DNA of 64,000 bases, from positions 32,001 through 96,000 of the IMG/VR virus record IMGVR_UViG_3300045988_172778; one strand, written 5' to 3'. Position 1 is the stretch's first letter, and every line of letters starts with the position of its first letter. Source of the stretch: a virus. The translations under genes were made by a program, and so were the position numbers. The notes beneath the pieces were generated by a model. The model did no database searches, was not told the origin of the DNA, and saw nothing but the letters and a program-made list of their open reading frames with translations. This document shows, one piece after another, positions 7,525-17,913 of the stretch.

Positions 7525-9453
7525 ATGAGAAATTTTTCGAAAGAAGAGTTATATGAATTATATATAACTCAAAACAAATCAAAAAGAGAAGTAGCTGAAA
7601 TATTGCATACTAACGAGAAGACTTTGGGCGATTATTTTAAAAAATATGGAATAAAAAAATCAAAAGAAGATGTCGTTAGAGCAAGAGAATTGACATGCTT
7701 GAAAAATTTTGGTTCAACAAACCCAATGAAAAATATTGAAATCGCGCAAGAACTTCGTTCCAAACAAATAGATAGTGGTAAAATTAAAGATATACCATAC
7801 GAAGAGCTTTATGATGTTTTGGTTAATAAAAAAATGCTTGTAACCAATGCGGCGAATTTTTTTCATACTTCAATAAGCACCATAAAGAGACTTGCAAAAG
7901 AAAACGGGATTGAAATTTGTAAAGAAGAATTAAAATCCGTTGATAAAGACGAGTTGGAAAATTATTATATTACAGAAAAACATACTCGCGAAGAATGTGC
8001 AGAGCATTTTGGAGTATCTTATTCTCATATTAAAACGTTTTTGAAAAAGTATAAAATCGAAAAAAGTAAAGATGAGATTTTTGAAAACATTAAACGTGGG
8101 CATAAGCGTAAAACTGGATATGAATATGCTTTGCAAAACCCAGAATCGATAGAAAAACAAAAGGCCACTTATAAAAATAGAACCAAAGAGGAAAAGTCGG
8201 AGACAATTGAAAAACGCAAAAATACCTGTATGGATAGATTTGGTGTGAATAACCCTTTGTGTTCGAAAGATATAAAAGAAAAAGCTTTTGCCACTAATAT
8301 AGAAAGATATGGATATAAAACATCAATTCAAAATCCAGAAATTCGTAAAAAAGCGGAAGATACTTTATTTGATCGGTTTGGAGTCAGGAACCCGTCTTTA
8401 GTTCCCGAGTTTAAACAAAAAAGAGAAAACACCATGCGAGAAAGATTTGGTGTTTGTAATTACGGAGAGATTGTCTTATCGGAAGATATTAGGAATTTAC
8501 TTAATGATAAAGATAAATTCAAAAAATATGTTTTAGATAATAAGTTGTCGACAACGTATGATATCGCGGAAAGTATAGGATGTTCGATTACAACTATTAC
8601 AAACAGAATTCACGAGTATAATTTAGAGGATTTGGTGAATAGGTCTCAATCGCATTTTGAGACGGAAATCAATCGTATTCTGACCGATTGGAATGTCAGG
8701 CATTATAAAACAAGACAAATTTTAAGTAACAAACAAGAAATAGATTTTTATTGTCCGAATGAAGCGGTTGGTTTTGAATTTAATGGTAATTGGCCTCATT
8801 GTTCGATTAATAAAGATAAAAAATACCACATGGACAAATCATTGGAAGCGCAAGAAAAGAATGTAAGATTTGTTCATATATATGAATACGAATGGTGTAA
8901 CCCCCAAAAACAGCCAATAATATTATCTTTAATGCGTGGAGCGCTTGGGCTTTTTGATAAAAAAATATATGCAAGAAATTGTAAAACAAAAGAGGTTGGA
9001 ACAAAAGAGTATTTCGACTTTTGTAATCAAAATCATACCCAAGGTTATAGGCAAGCAAGGGTTATTTATGGGCTTTATTTCAATGATGAATTAGTTCAAA
9101 TAATGAGTTTTTCTCATAATGATAAATATGAGTGGGAGATAATTCGTGAATGTTCTAAAATCAATACTCAAGTAATTGGCGGTAACTCAAAGCTGTTTAA
9201 ATATTTTATAAAAACGCAAAATCCAAACAGTATTTTTAGTTATTGCGATTTTAATAAATTTAATGGCAAAGGCTATGAGTTATTGGGTATGAAATTTATA
9301 GGATATACTGGTCCAGATATGAAATGGTATTTGAAAGGCAATATAGTTATAAATAGAAGTCCAAGTAAAAACAAAGAACTCAAAGAAAAAGCTATTGCCC
9401 AAATTTGGGGCGCTGGTTCTAAAAAGTATTTGTGGATAAAACCGCAAGAATAA
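7525..9453 (+). CDS. free-standing homing endonuclease-like protein (HTH repeats + RFG..NP repeats + PD-(D/E)XK core)
   Basis: 642 aa and AT-rich relative to its neighbours. It has three N-terminal HTH-like repeats (ELYxxYI..xxxxEVAExxxxxxxTxxxYxKKYGI). Multiple (R/K)(F/Y)G-x-x-NP..EI..K repeats follow, then EIDFYCP..VGFEFNGNWPH (nuclease-like) and a C-terminal IYARNC..GLYFNDELVQIMSF module typical of Hef-like HEGs. Confidence 0.65.
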   Translation: MRNFSKEELYELYITQNKSKREVAEILHTNEKTLGDYFKKYGIKKSKEDVVRARELTCLKNFGSTNPMKNIEIAQELRSKQIDSGKIKDIPYEELYDVLVNKKMLVTNAANFFHTSISTIKRLAKENGIEICKEELKSVDKDELENYYITEKHTREECAEHFGVSYSHIKTFLKKYKIEKSKDEIFENIKRGHKRKTGYEYALQNPESIEKQKATYKNRTKEEKSETIEKRKNTCMDRFGVNNPLCSKDIKEKAFATNIERYGYKTSIQNPEIRKKAEDTLFDRFGVRNPSLVPEFKQKRENTMRERFGVCNYGEIVLSEDIRNLLNDKDKFKKYVLDNKLSTTYDIAESIGCSITTITNRIHEYNLEDLVNRSQSHFETEINRILTDWNVRHYKTRQILSNKQEIDFYCPNEAVGFEFNGNWPHCSINKDKKYHMDKSLEAQEKNVRFVHIYEYEWCNPQKQPIILSLMRGALGLFDKKIYARNCKTKEVGTKEYFDFCNQNHTQGYRQARVIYGLYFNDELVQIMSFSHNDKYEWEIIRECSKINTQVIGGNSKLFKYFIKTQNPNSIFSYCDFNKFNGKGYELLGMKFIGYTGPDMKWYLKGNIVINRSPSKNKELKEKAIAQIWGAGSKKYLWIKPQE

Positions 9454-9515
9454 GTTAAAACAAAAGTCACGTAAGCGGCGTTTTGTATGATAAAAGTAGT
9501 AAAAGGAGAAAAATT

Positions 9516-10229
9516 ATGGCAACAACAACGACAAAAAAAGAAATCACCGAAGAATTAGAGAAGAAACCTGCGCCCCCAGTAGGCGCCACATCTACGGCAA
9601 TAAAATCGCCGAAAACAGACAACCTTGACGCGAAAATGGCAAATCTGACTGACCTTATGTCTCAGTTCGTTCAGGCGATGATGGCAAATCAAGCAGCTCG
9701 CACAGAGGTTAGAACACCCGAAGACAAAATTGTAATTGTCCATTTGGCACAGACTGACCCCCAACTTGGAACCACAATTCACCTTTCCAACACAGAAATT
9801 GGAATGACCGAATTCGGTGAAGAAAGGCAGCTCACGATACAGCAGTTCGAAGAATTGCTTTCGAAATACAGAAGCTGGTTCGCTAAGGGACTTTTGTGTG
9901 TGGCAGACGGATACGAAGAGGCAGCTAAAAAATATGGCGTAACAACCGCAGGTTCGTGCCCCATAGATAAGACGTTCATAAAGGGGCTCGGAGATATACC
10001 AATGAGCAAGATCGAAGAGGTTTACGCTAAACTTCCAGAATACGGAAAAGAAAACCTCGTAAGTTACTGGATCAGGTGTGCTTATGACGGAAATCCGAAA
10101 TTCACCGATATGCGTAAATTAAAACAGTTTAACGATATAACGGGCGGCAAGTTCGATAATATAATCGTTGAATTCGAGGGAAGAAAAGATACGCCCGAAA
10201 GTAATAGACCAAACATCGTAAGATACTAA
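9516..10229 (+). CDS. hypothetical structural-block protein
   Basis: ATG at 9516 with RBS AAAGGAG (the track start at 9483 is upstream of the RBS). Followed by a strong terminator. Function unknown. Confidence 0.5.
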   Translation: MATTTTKKEITEELEKKPAPPVGATSTAIKSPKTDNLDAKMANLTDLMSQFVQAMMANQAARTEVRTPEDKIVIVHLAQTDPQLGTTIHLSNTEIGMTEFGEERQLTIQQFEELLSKYRSWFAKGLLCVADGYEEAAKKYGVTTAGSCPIDKTFIKGLGDIPMSKIEEVYAKLPEYGKENLVSYWIRCAYDGNPKFTDMRKLKQFNDITGGKFDNIIVEFEGRKDTPESNRPNIVRY

Positions 10230-10245
10230 TTTAATCAAATAAATA

Positions 10246-10282
10246 AAAGCCCCATTTCATTACACGATTTGGGGCTTTTTAA
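10246..10282 (+). terminator. rho-independent terminator
   Basis: Arms aaagcccca / tggggcttt followed by a T-run. Confidence 0.75.
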
Positions 10283-10309
10283 ATAAAAAAATAACGGAGG
10301 GGAACACCA

Positions 10310-11020
10310 ATGATTCAGTTCTCAGATATTTACGAGCGGACGGTTAATCTTATTGATGACCCCGATATCAACAGAGCTTATTTAACAAACACAATTGAAT
10401 TTCAGAAAATAATGTACAATTTCCTCATCAACGGTTTAAGTTACTTTTCCAACCCGATAAACGTATCCGACGCGCTTGCACAGTACGACAAACCGACTGG
10501 CGAGACAGAAGTCGGAAAGTGCGAGGCTGGAAAGCAGATTTACAATGTCACGATGGACATACCCAAAGACGCGGAGATTGTATTTTACATAGACACGCCG
10601 AACAAAAAAGGCGTGTTAATCAAACACCGAACGGAAGCGACTTATGACGCGACCGCTAAAACCGTCGAGTTCGCGAACCCCGTGAACGATGGCGAACAAT
10701 ATGAAATCGAGTGGTATAAGGCAGGCGCATTTACGGCGGATTTTATCGCCGCAGGGAAAGCAATTGGCGATTCGATGACAAAGCGTGTAACGGAAATACT
10801 CGCAAGAACAACGGTAATCGCGTGGGCAGAGAAAGAGCAAAATTTCTTGCTCGATATTCGTAATGTGTTCAATGATACCGACTTTAAACTTCATTCGCCC
10901 GCAAATTCGTTGAAGGCAAAAACCGATTGGGTAAAGGATTTGCAGTTCGAGATTTATTCGTTGCAGAACAAGCTCGATTGGGATTTGCGGAATAGGAGCG
11001 TGAGTTGGTATGGATACTAA
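10310..11020 (+). CDS. hypothetical protein, connector/adaptor-size
   Basis: 236 aa with RBS GGAGGGG. Lies between the capsid and tail genes. Assigned by position only. Confidence 0.4.
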   Translation: MIQFSDIYERTVNLIDDPDINRAYLTNTIEFQKIMYNFLINGLSYFSNPINVSDALAQYDKPTGETEVGKCEAGKQIYNVTMDIPKDAEIVFYIDTPNKKGVLIKHRTEATYDATAKTVEFANPVNDGEQYEIEWYKAGAFTADFIAAGKAIGDSMTKRVTEILARTTVIAWAEKEQNFLLDIRNVFNDTDFKLHSPANSLKAKTDWVKDLQFEIYSLQNKLDWDLRNRSVSWYGY

Positions 11021-11360
11021 TACGTTTGAAAACCGCATAATAATTTCCGACGCCGCGAAAAAGAAATTCCTTGAAAAACTTATCGGCAAGATGATAAAGA
11101 TTTTACATCTTGTTGAGGAGAGAGAAGAAACTGGAATTGACCCTCGTGATTTCATATACGGACAACTCGTCGAGTTAAACTCGGCTAACCAATTATTCGA
11201 CAACGAATTGGTTGAAATAATCGTAAAACTCAATGTGGTTTATCGCGATTTCAACAAAGTCGAATTTAAAGCAATAAAAAAACAAATTTTCGAGATAAAG
11301 CGTAAAATCAACTATCTTATTGATTTAATCGACGCTCGCGAGAAGGAGGCGGCGAAATGA
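11010..11360 (+). CDS. hypothetical small helical protein
   Basis: 116 aa, overlapping both neighbours (translational coupling). Confidence 0.4.
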   Translation: MDTNTFENRIIISDAAKKKFLEKLIGKMIKILHLVEEREETGIDPRDFIYGQLVELNSANQLFDNELVEIIVKLNVVYRDFNKVEFKAIKKQIFEIKRKINYLIDLIDAREKEAAK

Positions 11361-12661
11361 GCAAAATAATAAACAGCGCGTTTACCCCGACTTCTTATGT
11401 TTACGATCTCGAAAACAATGTCGGCGCTAATAACGGAGAACCTTACAAAATAATCTCTCAAACGCCGAAGAATTATTCAAAATATAACTACTACTTACAC
11501 ACGTTGCAGGATAAAATCGACGCCGATTGGAAATACCGTCCTAACAGAGTTGACGTTGAAGAACAGGAAATCGAAGATTGGGGCACGGATAAATACACCC
11601 CGATTGAGGTTGTTATTCAGACGCTCAAAAATGACAAAGGCGAGAAGCTTGCGGACGACTATAAAAAGCTCGTATTCCGTGATATTCAACACAACAAACT
11701 TCTCGGAATGAAATATCGTTTCTCGTTTAACTTCGATCTCGAAGAAGATGACGTGGATAAGTTCTGCTGGCTCATTACAAACCTAAACGAAACTGACCCG
11801 ATGAGCGCGGTTGTAATAACTCGTTGTAACGGCACGATTGCTTCAGTTTTTAAGAACGCAGACGGTTATAACGACGTTCATATTGAAGAAGTTATCGCAG
11901 GAACCGATTTGTCTGGAACGGGCTTCCATTTCAATGAGGCGATTTTGACACAGAAAGACAGTATAGTGATGATTGTTCAGGCAAACGATTATACGCGCGG
12001 TTATTACGTGAACCAACGTTTTATCGTCGGCTACGACACGGTTTATAAAGTAACAAACATTGAAAATTACAACAGCAGAAGCACTTATAAGGCGAAGGAT
12101 AACGGGTTAATCGTGTTATACGCGACCGTTGACCAAAAGAGCGAGCAAGACATCTTTGACAAAGAGGTTTACGGGAAAGAACACGTTTACCTCGCGTATA
12201 ATAAAGCGGAAGACCAAATTACGGTTACGCCGCCTGACGTTAGCGAGGGATATACGTTCAGATTTTACGAACCCGTTCCGATGCCGACCGAATTATACAG
12301 CGAACCGATTACGTTCAAAGTCGGCTTATTCCGAGGTGACGCGTTGGTCGAAGCGTCCGTCAATATCAGCATAACGCTTGGTACGCTTGTGCCGTTTGCG
12401 GTTTACGACCCGAATACTTACGCGGGTTATGCGTTCCTTATCACGAAAAATGGGGAGCAATTTTACGTTGTTGATCTGGCTGATTACGAGAAATACGTCG
12501 AAGTCGTTGATGATGACGACAAAGGTACGTTCACACTTCGCAGGCTGAAAGTTTACGCTCGTAAAGAACTCGTCGTTATGGCTTATATATCGGCAGAAAA
12601 CAGTCCGACAGGCAAAGAGATGAAACAATCGTTCGTTTTGAGCCTCCGTGGGTTGGAGTAA
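11357..12661 (+). CDS. hypothetical virion-block protein
   Basis: 434 aa with RBS AAGGAGG. No recognisable motif. Confidence 0.45.
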   Translation: MSKIINSAFTPTSYVYDLENNVGANNGEPYKIISQTPKNYSKYNYYLHTLQDKIDADWKYRPNRVDVEEQEIEDWGTDKYTPIEVVIQTLKNDKGEKLADDYKKLVFRDIQHNKLLGMKYRFSFNFDLEEDDVDKFCWLITNLNETDPMSAVVITRCNGTIASVFKNADGYNDVHIEEVIAGTDLSGTGFHFNEAILTQKDSIVMIVQANDYTRGYYVNQRFIVGYDTVYKVTNIENYNSRSTYKAKDNGLIVLYATVDQKSEQDIFDKEVYGKEHVYLAYNKAEDQITVTPPDVSEGYTFRFYEPVPMPTELYSEPITFKVGLFRGDALVEASVNISITLGTLVPFAVYDPNTYAGYAFLITKNGEQFYVVDLADYEKYVEVVDDDDKGTFTLRRLKVYARKELVVMAYISAENSPTGKEMKQSFVLSLRGLE

Positions 12662-12685
12662 AAGTGAGAAAAGGAGGAAACACGC

Positions 12686-13360
12686 ATGGGGCTTCCTATG
12701 TATTTTGACGACAACGGGTATAACCGTTATAACGACCTCGACGGGTTGGAGTGGCGAATTATACACGCGTTGGTAAACAGCGACTCGAAATACGGCAAGT
12801 ATTTGTGGAAGTTGCTGAAATATAACACGCCTGATTGCCTTATGAATGATGAACTCAACAACAAAGAGAAGTATAAAATGGTTTATCGTGACAATGGCGA
12901 TGCAAGCAATTATAACGTATTTTTACTTCCGTTTATCGACGACGGTTGGACAAAGCAGGCTTCGAGGCTTGACGTTTACGTGAGCCGAATCGAGCCTTTT
13001 GATCAAGTTCGCTCGAAAGTCGATGTAACGCTCGAAATTATAGTTCATAACAAAATCAATAACGTTTACGGCGATGCGGATGATGAAGAAAACCCGCTGA
13101 CGAACCCGACTGAAACTGATGAAGATGGGAACATCTTAATTCCGACGAAGAGCCGTGCAACCACTATTTTGAAGTGCGTTTTGGCTATTTTAAACGGCTT
13201 ATACGTCGATGGTGTCGGTACGTTACAGTGTAATCAACTGACAAGCCCGTATTGCGGAGTAAGAAGTTACGTCTGGAACGACCGCTCGTATTTTGGTTAT
13301 TCGGTTACATTCTCGACGGTTATGGCGCAAGAAACGGTTAATCCTGATTGCGGTTGGTAA
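12686..13360 (+). CDS. hypothetical virion-block protein
   Basis: 224 aa with RBS AAGGAGG. Confidence 0.45.
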   Translation: MGLPMYFDDNGYNRYNDLDGLEWRIIHALVNSDSKYGKYLWKLLKYNTPDCLMNDELNNKEKYKMVYRDNGDASNYNVFLLPFIDDGWTKQASRLDVYVSRIEPFDQVRSKVDVTLEIIVHNKINNVYGDADDEENPLTNPTETDEDGNILIPTKSRATTILKCVLAILNGLYVDGVGTLQCNQLTSPYCGVRSYVWNDRSYFGYSVTFSTVMAQETVNPDCGW

Positions 13361-13373
13361 GGCGGTGATTTAA

Positions 13374-14375
13374 GTGAAAATTTATAACCCCAATTTACCG
13401 CAAAGCCTCGTTGATGAGCTTAATCGGCTTAATGCAACGTATTTTCAATTCGATGAACCCGTTCCATTTAAAGACGGTTTAATGTTATACCCGATAAACG
13501 TTCGGTATCATGATGAATTTTTAGCCGCGTCGGAGTGTTTGACACTTAATAAAGACGATGTAGAAGGAAATGAAGAGAAAACTAACCTCGAATATCTTTT
13601 ACTGAAGATGAGCGGGAAGGCCGAACAACAAGATGAAGATGGACCGCCGAAAGGCGCGTTAGAAAAAGCCGCCGAAGAGAAAAAGGCAAAAGAAGAGCAG
13701 GCTCGAATTTCACAGTATTTTATACGCATTTGCGAATTGGTTTTTCACGTAAAATATGGCATTCGTTGTGCGAAGTGTGGAAAAGTTTATGATTATCAAG
13801 AGTTTTTAATAAAAGCGCTTGATAAAGAACATCCATTCCATTGCGAGTGTTATAAAGGCGAAGAAGGTGAGGAGGAAGATTTCGATATAAACATAAAATA
13901 TCGAATGAACCCCGAAACTAAAAAATACGAAATTTTGATTAACGGAATTACAATAACATCGGAAGACTTCGACCGTTTGAGACAAATTGTAATGTATCAA
14001 AATTTGCCTGACTTTAAAGATGACACTTGGGTCGACCCCGATATGAGAGCCGACCAAGCGGAGAAACAAAGGCTTTTGGCGAAGAAAAACAACGCTGGAA
14101 CCGCGACACTCGAAAGAAAGATTGTTTGCGTTTCGGCGAAATCGTGTTATAAAATCGAAGATATTTACAAATTAACAATGAGAAAATTCTTGATTTTGTT
14201 GTCTGCGATTGATGACGCGATGAATTATGAGTGTACACGTATCGGTCTAATGACTGGTATGGTGAGTATGAAAGAACCAGTTGAACACTGGATTTATAAG
14301 AAAGAATCTGATGATTTGTATGGTGGAGAGGCAGTAAGTCTTGATGATATACAAGAAACAATTGATTCTGCATAA
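13374..14375 (+). CDS. hypothetical protein with internal CxxC..CxC cluster and acidic linker
   Basis: 333 aa with a GTG start. Contains CAKCGKVYDY..HCECYKG. Sits just upstream of the major tail-like gene. Confidence 0.4.
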   Translation: MKIYNPNLPQSLVDELNRLNATYFQFDEPVPFKDGLMLYPINVRYHDEFLAASECLTLNKDDVEGNEEKTNLEYLLLKMSGKAEQQDEDGPPKGALEKAAEEKKAKEEQARISQYFIRICELVFHVKYGIRCAKCGKVYDYQEFLIKALDKEHPFHCECYKGEEGEEEDFDINIKYRMNPETKKYEILINGITITSEDFDRLRQIVMYQNLPDFKDDTWVDPDMRADQAEKQRLLAKKNNAGTATLERKIVCVSAKSCYKIEDIYKLTMRKFLILLSAIDDAMNYECTRIGLMTGMVSMKEPVEHWIYKKESDDLYGGEAVSLDDIQETIDSA

Positions 14376-14485
14376 CAATTTACAAAAAATTATGGCTTTA
14401 AAAATGTGGTTAATCCGCTGCATTTTTTTATTGCTTGATTTTAATATATATAAATTTATATAAATTAAAAAAGGAGAAAATTAAT

Positions 14486-15322
14486 ATGGCTAATTATATT
14501 CTTGGCGATGTTATGAAAGCCGAAGCCTTTGTCCGTGGCGAAGACGGCAAACTTCAGCATTATTTCAGCGCGAATACAATGACTGATAGCACGCTTAATA
14601 TATCTGTTACCGCCGAAGAAATTCGTGGTGGTTGGGGAAACCAGCTGCTTGGTAAAATATTCCATGACACTAACTTCGGTGTAAATCTTACTGAGGCTAT
14701 GTGGTCGCTTGATTATCTTGCTGCTCAAATTGGCGAAGAAGTTAAGAAGGGCGCTGGTAAAGATCTTAAATCCGTTGCTGGAACAGTAGCGGCCGAAGGC
14801 GCTCTTACGGTTACTATTCCCGAAGGAGATACTATAGCTCCCATGTTCGACAAGGCGGCTGGTTTCTGTGCGGCAGCTGATAATACTCTTGTAGTTTGGG
14901 TTAAGGACTGTAACGATGAAATGTTCACTTATACTGCTACGAAGGATGGAGATGGAAATACTTATACGTTCCAACTTGTTGGCGATGCTAAACCCAAGGT
15001 TGGCGCGGTTTGTGTTACTTACCCCACTGAAGTGACTGATTGCGAACAACTTATAGTTTCCGCTGCTTACGCTCCTAAGGAATTTAGCTTATTCCTTTAT
15101 GGCAAACTCTTTGCTGGTAATGGCTGCCAAAAATCCAAAGGTAAATATGCTGGCAAAATAACCATCGAAATTTCGAGATTCCAACTTGATGGTACGGTTG
15201 ATCTTACGATGAACCCGAGTTCCGCTGCTTCCGTTTCGCTTAACGGTCAGGCTCTTGCTTCTGGCTGCAGCTGCGATGGCGAACCTCAATATGCTACCAT
15301 TACAACTATCATAAATAAATAA
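14486..15322 (+). CDS. major tail (tube) protein candidate
   Basis: ATG at 14486 behind AAAGGAG (the track start at 14435 is spurious). 278 aa with strong codon bias. The motif T.TDSTLNISVTAEEIRGGWGNQLL recalls siphovirus major tail proteins. A strong terminator lies downstream. Confidence 0.5.
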   Translation: MANYILGDVMKAEAFVRGEDGKLQHYFSANTMTDSTLNISVTAEEIRGGWGNQLLGKIFHDTNFGVNLTEAMWSLDYLAAQIGEEVKKGAGKDLKSVAGTVAAEGALTVTIPEGDTIAPMFDKAAGFCAAADNTLVVWVKDCNDEMFTYTATKDGDGNTYTFQLVGDAKPKVGAVCVTYPTEVTDCEQLIVSAAYAPKEFSLFLYGKLFAGNGCQKSKGKYAGKITIEISRFQLDGTVDLTMNPSSAASVSLNGQALASGCSCDGEPQYATITTIINK

Positions 15323-15504
15323 TGAGTTGTAAGTTTGCAACTGTGAAAGACATGAACCCTGTTAGATGTGCGATTGATAACGTTGGGAGATGTCTTTTTC
15401 AGTATTGGTGCTCTGCCGATAGATGTTATAAATGTATCGGTGACACAATAAAATGTAAACATTATCAAGAAGCAGATAATTCTAAACAACTGAATAAAAA
15501 ATAA
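15322..15504 (+). CDS. small Cys-rich protein (7 Cys in 60 aa)
   Basis: The ATG overlaps the stop of the tail gene (TAATG). Sequence MSCKF...C...C...C..C..C...CKHYQE resembles the Cys modules of the early region. Confidence 0.45.
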   Translation: MSCKFATVKDMNPVRCAIDNVGRCLFQYWCSADRCYKCIGDTIKCKHYQEADNSKQLNKK

Positions 15505-15512
15505 TAATAAAT

Positions 15513-15560
15513 GGAGACCGTTGAATGTGTTAATTGCGATACGTTCGCGGTCTCTTTTTT
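15513..15560 (+). terminator. rho-independent terminator
   Basis: Arms gagaccg / cggtctc followed by tttttt. Confidence 0.75.
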
Positions 15561-15678
15561 ATCCATCGTATAATAAAATAAAACTTTTATTCAACAATTT
15601 TATATTAAAAGTGAGTAAAAAAGGTGTAAAAGTAGCAAAATTAATAACAAAAAATACTAAATATTGCGGGGATGAATT

Positions 15679-16290
15679 ATGTTATATTTAGATTATGCTA
15701 AACAAATTGATTCGGGGTACATTTTAAATCTTTTTGCAGATTCATTTGAAGACATAAAAGAAGTATCCAATGGTAAAAGTTTTGTAACGAAGAATGGCAC
15801 TAATTACGGAGTACCACAAGCGGGAAGTACGGTTACAATAACCACTCCTAATGCACCCAAGACTACTTATGTTATAGATGCAGAAGGAACGTGGGTAGTC
15901 GCTGAGAATATCTCTTATTCTGCGGTTGTAGCAAACCCCACAGACGAAGCGACGGAAAAGCTGGAGAAACTTAAGGTAAATGACACAACTTACGGCGTGG
16001 GGTCAAAGTTATACAGAAAAACGGTTATTGTTACAAAAGATGAAAATAAATGTTATTTTACAACATTTGAGAGCAATAGCAATAAAATAGTCGGGCGTTA
16101 CAGACTTTTTGGTATCGGCAGTTGCTTAATTGATGGAGTTTGGTATCCATGTAACAATATCAGAATGACGGAAGAAGTAAATTCTGAAACAGATTTCAAC
16201 GCTCAAATAGGTTACGTTAAATCTGAGGTTAACGTTTTTGTAGCTAAATTCGAAAACGCAACAGCAACAATAACCGTGGAAGAGGTGTAA
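15679..16290 (+). CDS. fibre-like protein, paralog of the 16332 N-terminus
   Basis: 203 aa. Its first ~75 aa ([16 protein letters not shown]...KNGTNYGVP) align with ORF 16332, but it uses AT-richer codons. Confidence 0.5.
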   Translation: MLYLDYAKQIDSGYILNLFADSFEDIKEVSNGKSFVTKNGTNYGVPQAGSTVTITTPNAPKTTYVIDAEGTWVVAENISYSAVVANPTDEATEKLEKLKVNDTTYGVGSKLYRKTVIVTKDENKCYFTTFESNSNKIVGRYRLFGIGSCLIDGVWYPCNNIRMTEEVNSETDFNAQIGYVKSEVNVFVAKFENATATITVEEV

Positions 16291-16331
16291 TATAAATAAA
16301 ATAAAAAAAATAAGATAAAAGGAGGATTAAT

Positions 16332-17447
16332 ATGTTATATTTAGACTATGCAAAACCTGTTGATGGCGGTTATATACTTAATTTCTTCGCCGATAAAGTT
16401 GAGGATATGGAATCCATAACTGGCGGCAAAGAATTTATCACAAAGAACGGCACGAATTACGGCGTTCCCCTTAAAGGTTCGACGGTCGTAATAACCGCTC
16501 CTGACAAAGAGAAGAAGACGTTCGTTCTCGATGAAAATGGGGAATGGAACGAGGGCGGATTAGACCCGAACCAATTTTACACGAAGGAAGCTGCTGACGA
16601 AAAATTCATGGAAAAGGCAGGCGGCTCGATAACTGGCGACCTTACCGTTGGTGGTAATCTTGTTGTAAACGGAAAGACGACCACGGTTGAATCCGAGAAC
16701 CTCGCCGTTAAAGATAAACTTATCGAGGTTGCGGCTGGAAACGCGGCGAAGCTTGCGGCACCCGCTGGTCTCGTTGTCCCGAAATATGACGGGACGAATT
16801 CTGGTGCGCTCGTATTTGACGGCGACGGAATTGCTTATGTCGGTGACGTTGTTTTGAACGCGAAAGGCGATATAGACGTTTCGCAGAGTGACCTTGCGGC
16901 GTTGGCGGTAAAGAAAGATATACCCACTGATTATCTTGTCGGTGGCGAGCAGACAGCCACTTCTGAAGACGATGGCGGAGCTAACGTATTCACGTTCACG
17001 AAAGCTGACGGAAAGACCGCAACATTTACAGTGAAGAACGGATCAAGGGGCGCAGTTGGTCCCGCAGGCCCCGCTGGCGCAAAGGGCGAAACTGGTGAAG
17101 CAGGAGCCCAAGGCGCGGTTGGCCCGACTGGTCCCAAGGGAGACAAAGGAGACGTAGGTCCGACTGGCCCGCAGGGTCCGAAAGGCGATGCGGGTGCGGC
17201 TGGTGCAGCGGGTGCGGCTGGTCCGAAAGGTGACGCAGGTCCGCAGGGACCTATTGGTCCGACAGGCCCGAAAGGAGATCAGGGTGAGACTGGTCCCGCA
17301 GGTGCAGCTGGCGCGAAAGGCGCAACGGGTGCGCACGTTACAGCTATAACGCTTACGAAGGATTCGACGGGCGCGATAACTAGCGGCACGGCTTCTTTGA
17401 GCGATGGCACGAGCGTTCCCATAACGGTAACGGTTGCAGAAGCGTAA
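16332..17447 (+). CDS. collagen-like fibre protein (type 1)
   Basis: 371 aa with an uninterrupted GXY tract of ~97 aa (nt ~17041-17333). The N-terminus is paralogous to ORF 15679. Confidence 0.7.
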   Translation: MLYLDYAKPVDGGYILNFFADKVEDMESITGGKEFITKNGTNYGVPLKGSTVVITAPDKEKKTFVLDENGEWNEGGLDPNQFYTKEAADEKFMEKAGGSITGDLTVGGNLVVNGKTTTVESENLAVKDKLIEVAAGNAAKLAAPAGLVVPKYDGTNSGALVFDGDGIAYVGDVVLNAKGDIDVSQSDLAALAVKKDIPTDYLVGGEQTATSEDDGGANVFTFTKADGKTATFTVKNGSRGAVGPAGPAGAKGETGEAGAQGAVGPTGPKGDKGDVGPTGPQGPKGDAGAAGAAGAAGPKGDAGPQGPIGPTGPKGDQGETGPAGAAGAKGATGAHVTAITLTKDSTGAITSGTASLSDGTSVPITVTVAEA

Positions 17448-17523
17448 CAAATAATATAAGCGTGGCGATTTCTTTCATAAATTGAAGGCGATCGCCGCGC
17501 AAAATAATAGAAAGGAGATAACA

Positions 17524-17856
17524 ATGGATACCGAAAAAATCGTTTTATATATTTCTTTAGGAATTGTTTGTCTTTGCTTAATCACAGCTTTAATTGTGAA
17601 AATTGTGAAGCTTTGCAAAATGCCCAAAGAAGAAAGAGAAAAGGTTATAAAGACTTATCTAAAAGGCATAATCATGCTGGCGGAAGAGGAAATTATTGGT
17701 ACGAAAAAAGGTGAGGAACGCCTTGCGATGGTTGAAGAATATTTCAATAAAAATGCCCCGCTGACGTATCGGATTATTTTGTTTCTTCTCGGGAAAGATA
17801 ATTTAAAAAATTTAATCGAAGATGCACTCACCGAGATCAAGGAAGCGTTACAATAA
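17524..17856 (+). CDS. small membrane protein, LL-H-type holin-like
   Basis: ATG at 17524 behind AAAGGAG. 110 aa with one N-terminal TM helix, then AEEEIIGTKKGEERL..LIEDALTEIKE, which recalls the LL-H holin family. Confidence 0.4.
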   Translation: MDTEKIVLYISLGIVCLCLITALIVKIVKLCKMPKEEREKVIKTYLKGIIMLAEEEIIGTKKGEERLAMVEEYFNKNAPLTYRIILFLLGKDNLKNLIEDALTEIKEALQ

Positions 17857-17913
17857 TATAGAAATTTTGTTGTAGAGGTATTTCCTCGAGGTGACGGTAG
17901 AGGGAGGGAAACA

